Part shown: in pieces, positions 59,553 through 64,000 of the stretch | Layout: each line of letters begins with the position of its first letter | Numbering within the stretch: the stretch's first letter is position 1 | Source: an uncultured Bacilli bacterium | GTDB lineage: Bacteria; Bacillota_I; Bacilli_A; RF39; UBA660 | Assembly: GCA_934096805.1 (NCBI GenBank) | Contig: CAKOMW010000001.1 | Location: 371,712-435,711, forward strand | DNA length: 64,000 nt | Direction: 5' to 3' | Notes under the pieces: model-generated | The model's input: the letters and a program-made list of their open reading frames with translations, nothing else | What the model was told of the DNA's origin: nothing | Database searches by the model: none | Translations under genes and position numbers: made by a program

Positions 59553-60569
59553 GTGACTGTTTTAACAAAGAAAAGACTAAAGCCAATGATGAGTATTGAT
59601 GATATGATTATTAGTCTTAAGGCTAAAAATATTAAGTTTAATTATATTAGTGAAGATGAGGTTAAAAATTATTTGATGTTTAATAATAGTTATTATAATG
59701 TGTTGAGTTATGAGGGGAATTTTATGAAGTATCCTAGTCCAGCAGGAAAGTATGAAGGAATGTTTATTGATTTAGATTTTGCTTATTTAAAGGATATGTC
59801 TATTATTGATTTAAGGGTGAGGTTTCTTCTTTTAGATATGATTTTAGATATAGAACATTATCTAAAGTTAAGAATACTTAATATGATGTATGCTATAGAA
59901 CAAGAAGATGGCTATAGAGTAGTTAATTTATATTTAGAAAATGATTATAATAATGAAAAAAGATTACATTCTAGTATAAGGAAGAAAGCTTTTAATAGTT
60001 ATTATAGAAAGATGTTTTCTGATATTGATATGGATGATGATAAGAAACTAGAAGATATACCTATATGGGATTTTTTAGAGATAGCAACACTGGGTGAGCT
60101 TGTAGATTTTTATGATTTTTTTACAAAAGAATATGACTTGAAAATTGATAAAGAATATGTTCATATACTTAGAGATATAGTAAGATTAAGAAACGCTGCC
60201 GGACATAATACCAATGTTTTAACTGACTTAGGAGAAAGTGATAAGCCTCAAAGGCCACATATGCATGTAATTAGGTATTTAGATAGGTGTGGAATACGAT
60301 TGAGGGCTAGATATAAAAGATTATCTAACTCAAAAATAAGACAGATTACATATACACTTTATATGTTTAATAAAATAGTAACAAGTGAAGGAGTGAAGAA
60401 AAAGATAAATAAAAAAATAAACTACTTGTTTTATAAGAGGATACCTAAGAACAAAGATTATTATAAGAATAATGATTTATTAAAGTCTATTTATTATTAT
60501 TTTGATAAGATAATAAGTATTGATTATAATCCAAAAAAATCTGAAAGAAATTTCAGAAAAAAGGCTTGA
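59553..60569 (+). CDS. Abi_2 family abortive-infection protein (AbiD/AbiF-like)
   Basis: ~340 aa with Abi_2-like conserved blocks (LMFNNSYYNVLSYEGNF ... LRNAAGHN). The likely start is GTG 59553 behind a GGAGGTG RBS; the ORF track starts at 59478. Confidence 0.6.
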   Translation: MTVLTKKRLKPMMSIDDMIISLKAKNIKFNYISEDEVKNYLMFNNSYYNVLSYEGNFMKYPSPAGKYEGMFIDLDFAYLKDMSIIDLRVRFLLLDMILDIEHYLKLRILNMMYAIEQEDGYRVVNLYLENDYNNEKRLHSSIRKKAFNSYYRKMFSDIDMDDDKKLEDIPIWDFLEIATLGELVDFYDFFTKEYDLKIDKEYVHILRDIVRLRNAAGHNTNVLTDLGESDKPQRPHMHVIRYLDRCGIRLRARYKRLSNSKIRQITYTLYMFNKIVTSEGVKKKINKKINYLFYKRIPKNKDYYKNNDLLKSIYYYFDKIISIDYNPKKSERNFRKKA

Positions 60570-61050
60570 CTATGCTAACACAATATGTTATATTAAATGC
60601 ATAGGGAAAAAAACGTTAAATCGTTTTTTGTAAGATAGCTATTATCGGTAGCGGTCTATTTTTTTGTCTTGATAATCAATAAACATTGGTTATGATTTTA
60701 ATAAAATTAATAAAATAATTGGAGAAAAAGGTGTGAATAATTAGCGAAAAATGCTTGACTGTGTTAACACTATGTGTTATATTAGATACATAGGGAAAAA
60801 AACGTTTTAACGTTTTTTGTAAGATAGCTATTATCGGTAGCGGTCTATTTTTTTGCTTTAATAATCGATAAATGTTGGTTATAGTTTTAATAAAGTAATT
60901 AAAGAAAAGCACTTGACTATATCAACACAGTATGTTATATTATATTTGTTAGTAAAAAAACGTTTTAACATTTTTTGTAAGACAGCTATTTTCGGATAGG
61001 GGTCTATTTTTTTGTTTTGATTGATTTTTTCTTTTTTTCGTGATATAATA
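60565..61050 (+). repeat. Three tandem ~160-190 bp repeat units (starts 60565, 60754, 60912). Each has a sigma-A-like promoter (TTGACT-17-TATATT), then a short transcript with conserved hairpins and a U-tract (putative small RNA array)
   Basis: Direct-repeat units share cttgact...tatgttatatta...atagggaaaaaaacgtt(t)aa(t/a)cgttttttgtaagatagctattatcggtagcggtctatttttttg. Hairpin 1 is AAAAAACG-loop-CGTTTTTT. A second hairpin (ATAATC(A/G)A / TTGGTTAT) is shared by copies 1-2 with a compensatory difference (A-U in copy 1, G-U in copy 2). Copy 3 is degenerate and leads into the next gene. Confidence 0.7.
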
Positions 61051-61075
61051 AAGCAACTTTTAAGGGGGCTTTTTT

Positions 61076-62305
61076 ATGTATAGTTTTACAGAAAATAATG
61101 GTAAGATTTGTGTATATTGTACTGATAATGATGAAGAGATTGTTTTAGATATTGATGAAGTAACTAGTGATGTTATTTTATGTTTGTTTAGGGATAGAGA
61201 TAAGAATATATTTACTAATTATTCTGATTTATGGACTGATGTTACTAAGCGTTTTATTGAAAAGTTAAATGATTTTGAGATAGTTATTAATGTTGATGAT
61301 CATAGTTCTTTTTTAGATTTTGTTTCTGATTTTGATAAGGGTGTTTTGGATAATATTTATGTTAATTATCAAAGTTCTTCTGCTACTTGTAATTTTTTTG
61401 ATTATAAGAATATGATGGATAAGATTAATTTTATTGTGTCTTCAATTAATGATTATGATTTGTCTTGTATGGAAATTATTATGGTTGTATATGATATTGT
61501 TAAGGCTTATAAGTATGGTAATTTGTCTTTTGATGATTATACTGTTTCTAGAGCTCTTCATAATGTTGTTAAAAATGATAGTTGTGTTTGTGCGGGTTTT
61601 AGTAATTATTTTAATTTTTTACTTAATGAGCTTGGTGTTAAGAGTGATGTTTTAATGCTTAAGAGAAAAGATAGTAATATTGGACATCAAAGAAGTTTTA
61701 TTTATGTTGATGATGATAAGTATGATGTTAATGGAATATTTTTGTTTGATCCTACTTTTGATTGTAATAGAAATGTTGATTATATAAATAATTATAATTA
61801 TTTTATGCAAAGTGCTGGTTTTTTTAAATATATTGATGGTGGTAGAATGATTTATGATGAGATTTATAAGTCTCATGATTTGTATAAGGTTTTAGATTAT
61901 AAAAAGTTGGATATTGATAATATTGATACTTTAGAATGGTTTAAAATACTTAGTGTAGTTAGATATCTTAATAGATTTACTGGTGCAGAGGATAAGGGGA
62001 TTAGTTTTGATGCTAATGTATATAAAGAAGATTTAAATAAGTATTATAATCTTTTGAATCAATGTTTAGGGTATGAAGATTTTATAAGGCTTTTATATAA
62101 TGTTAGGAATGTAGAGTATGACATGGGTATTATAGATGAGAAAGTGTCCAAAGAAGAGGTTATTGAGGTTTGTTATAGTAAGTATTGTAAGATGTTTAAA
62201 AGAATTAAACAGGATGATAAGCTTAGTTATTTTAAATTACTTTTTAGATTAAGTGATTTTGATAGTTTATTTGATGAGGTTAAGGTTAAGATAAGAGAAA
62301 AATAA
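61076..62305 (+). CDS. Cytoplasmic transglutaminase-like cysteine protease superfamily protein
   Basis: Cys-His-Asp core in canonical order and spacing: CVCAGFS (Cys), IGHQRSFIYV (His), FLFDPTFD (Asp), matching the G.C..F.....GIP.R...G....H.W.E.......DPT pattern of the TGase-like fold. Confidence 0.5.
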   Translation: MYSFTENNGKICVYCTDNDEEIVLDIDEVTSDVILCLFRDRDKNIFTNYSDLWTDVTKRFIEKLNDFEIVINVDDHSSFLDFVSDFDKGVLDNIYVNYQSSSATCNFFDYKNMMDKINFIVSSINDYDLSCMEIIMVVYDIVKAYKYGNLSFDDYTVSRALHNVVKNDSCVCAGFSNYFNFLLNELGVKSDVLMLKRKDSNIGHQRSFIYVDDDKYDVNGIFLFDPTFDCNRNVDYINNYNYFMQSAGFFKYIDGGRMIYDEIYKSHDLYKVLDYKKLDIDNIDTLEWFKILSVVRYLNRFTGAEDKGISFDANVYKEDLNKYYNLLNQCLGYEDFIRLLYNVRNVEYDMGIIDEKVSKEEVIEVCYSKYCKMFKRIKQDDKLSYFKLLFRLSDFDSLFDEVKVKIREK

Positions 62306-62403
62306 AAAATGTTTAATTTGGGTTAAAAATAAAGTGAAAGTACTTTATTTTTTTTTGGTTTCTTGTTATAATTTAAATAGTATAGGATACAAGGAGTGAT
62401 ACT

Positions 62404-64000
62404 TGTGAGGAAAAATATTACTAAAGATGATATAAAAAAGATGTTACCTGCTTTAGTAGTGTTATTTATTTTAATAGCATTAGGTACATATGCTTTTGAT
62501 AAAGTTGATTTACTTGGTAAACAAAATTTAGGAATAGTTGCTAATGAAGAGGTGGCTTTAAGGCTTGTTGAGGGGGAACAAGATTTTAAAGTAGGGAATA
62601 CTCCTCTTAGTGATAGTGCTGGGAAGGCTCAGACTACTTATTATGAGTTTAATGTAGAAGGGGTTTCTAATGTTGTATATAATTTAGATTATTATTTGTA
62701 TTTGATACCTAAAAATGGTGGTAATACAGTTGATGCTTCTTTTGTTAAACTTTATCTTACTAAAGTGGTTAATAATTCTGAGACAGTAGTGGTTGATGTT
62801 ACTACTTTAGATAAGTTAAAGGATTTTGGATTTAATAAGTTAGTTACAAATAGCACTTTTAATTTTACTAGTAATAGTAAGACTACTAAAACAGATACAT
62901 ATAGATTAAGAGTTTGGTTAGCTGAAGGTGCTACTGATAATGAAGAAACGGCTCCTGATGTAAAAGAAACTGATGATGGTCTTAATATTAAGGCTATATC
63001 AGGAGGGTATAGTTTTAGTATGGGTGTTAGTTCATATAAGATTGGTGAACCTAATAAACCAGAGTTAACTAGTAATATGATACCTGTGTATTATGATAGT
63101 ACGAATGCAGTATGGAAAAAAGCAGATAGTAGTAATACAAATGAAACATATAAATGGTATGATTATGATAATAAAATGTGGGCAAATGCTGTGACTGTTA
63201 CTGAAACTAATAGAGATACTTATTTGAAAGCGAATGCAGGAACAGAAATAAATATGAATGATATAAATACAATGTGGGTATGGATACCAAGATATACATA
63301 TACATATTTAAATACAAATACACCAGAGGAGATAAAGATAAAGTTTGAAAATGGAACAGAAAGTCATGGTACAATAAAGTGTACTGATGCAGTAACAGGA
63401 AATGGCACAACATCCCAAACATGTACAGATACAACAAATGGAAGTTTAAAAGCAGGAACCAGTACATATACACATCCAGCTTTTACATTTGGAGATACAG
63501 AATTAACAGGATTATGGGTAGGAAAGTTTGAGAGTAGTGCAACAGAAATACCAACATCATCATCTACAACAGAATCAACAATTATAATAAAACCAAATGT
63601 CCAGTCATTAAGATATAAAGCAGTATCATATTTCTTTCGCGATGCCCGACAAATGGAGAAAACAAGTAATGTATATGGTTTTCCACAAAGTAGTAGTACA
63701 ACATTTAACTACAACGGTAATTTAACTGGAGACACAAATAATATAGATATACATATGATGAAGAATACAGAATGGGGAGCAGTAACATATTTATATCATA
63801 GTAAATATGGAAGATGTACAAACGGTTCATGTGAAGAAATAACAATAAATAATTGTATTAATATGACAACAGGAATAGGAGCAGACACAGTAAGTGCAAG
63901 CAGGTCTGATACAACATGTACAACAGATAAGAATAAATATAATGGAGAGAGTGGAGTAAAAGCATCAACCACTGGAAATGTATATGGTGTGTACGACATG
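62404..64000 (+). CDS. Secreted protein, paralog C (partial, runs off the window end): TasA/SipW-type N-terminal region plus the same FGE-sulfatase-like lectin-fold core as 41189-42748
   Basis: GTG start behind an AAGGAG RBS. N-terminal LGTYAFDKVDLLGKQNLGIVANEEVAL resembles the TasA N-terminus. From NKPELTSNMIPVYYD to NVYGVYDM it is visibly almost identical to paralog B (only scattered residue and base differences, 63054-64000 vs 41419-42367). Confidence 0.6.

Noticed and set aside
1-64000. CRISPR array
   Set aside because: No regularly spaced short direct repeats with unique spacers. The only tandem repeats (60565-61050) are ~160-190 bp promoter-containing units, not CRISPR-like.

Overview
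This is a low-GC Firmicutes chromosomal window, probably from an Erysipelotrichia-like endospore former. Host coding strands are strongly T-rich. The host backbone comprises: glmS (partial), rubrerythrin and an N-domain-less clpB behind a CIRCE operator; mscL; a cysteine desulfurase plus thioredoxin-like/CcdA-like cluster; truA and an SDR; a MacB-type ABC transporter; parC; rnhC, an extracellular EndA-like nuclease, gmk and smc; radC-mreC-mreD-spoIVFA-like-spoIVFB; gerE, gerM and sleB; ppdK; two LysM amidases; cvpA-trxA-ftsA-ftsZ; and five tRNAs (Arg-TCT, Pro-TGG, Arg-CCT, Cys-GCA, Trp-CCA). Several small islands have the opposite, A-rich coding composition. They hold the most interesting features:
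- A family of three paralogous secreted proteins (11792-13318, 41189-42748, 62404-end). Each has a TasA/SipW-type N-terminal signal region and a C-type-lectin-fold C-terminus (DUF1566-like in one, FGE-sulfatase-like in the others). The last ~40 codons switch to NNC/NNT codons reachable from AAC, which is the signature of diversity-generating-retroelement (DGR) variable regions. No template repeat or reverse transcriptase lies in the window.
- A G11 tract at the 5' end of the first paralog. A length of G10 would join an upstream ATG to a textbook signal peptide, so this is a candidate slipped-strand phase switch.
- An Abi_2 (AbiD/F-like) gene, then three tandem promoter-plus-hairpin repeats (putative small RNAs), then a transglutaminase-like cysteine-protease gene. 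This is a candidate uncharacterised defence or toxin-antitoxin-like module.
- A Fic toxin cassette between tRNA-Cys and tRNA-Trp, flanked by matching hairpins.
- A DinD/Bro-N-like island upstream of parC.
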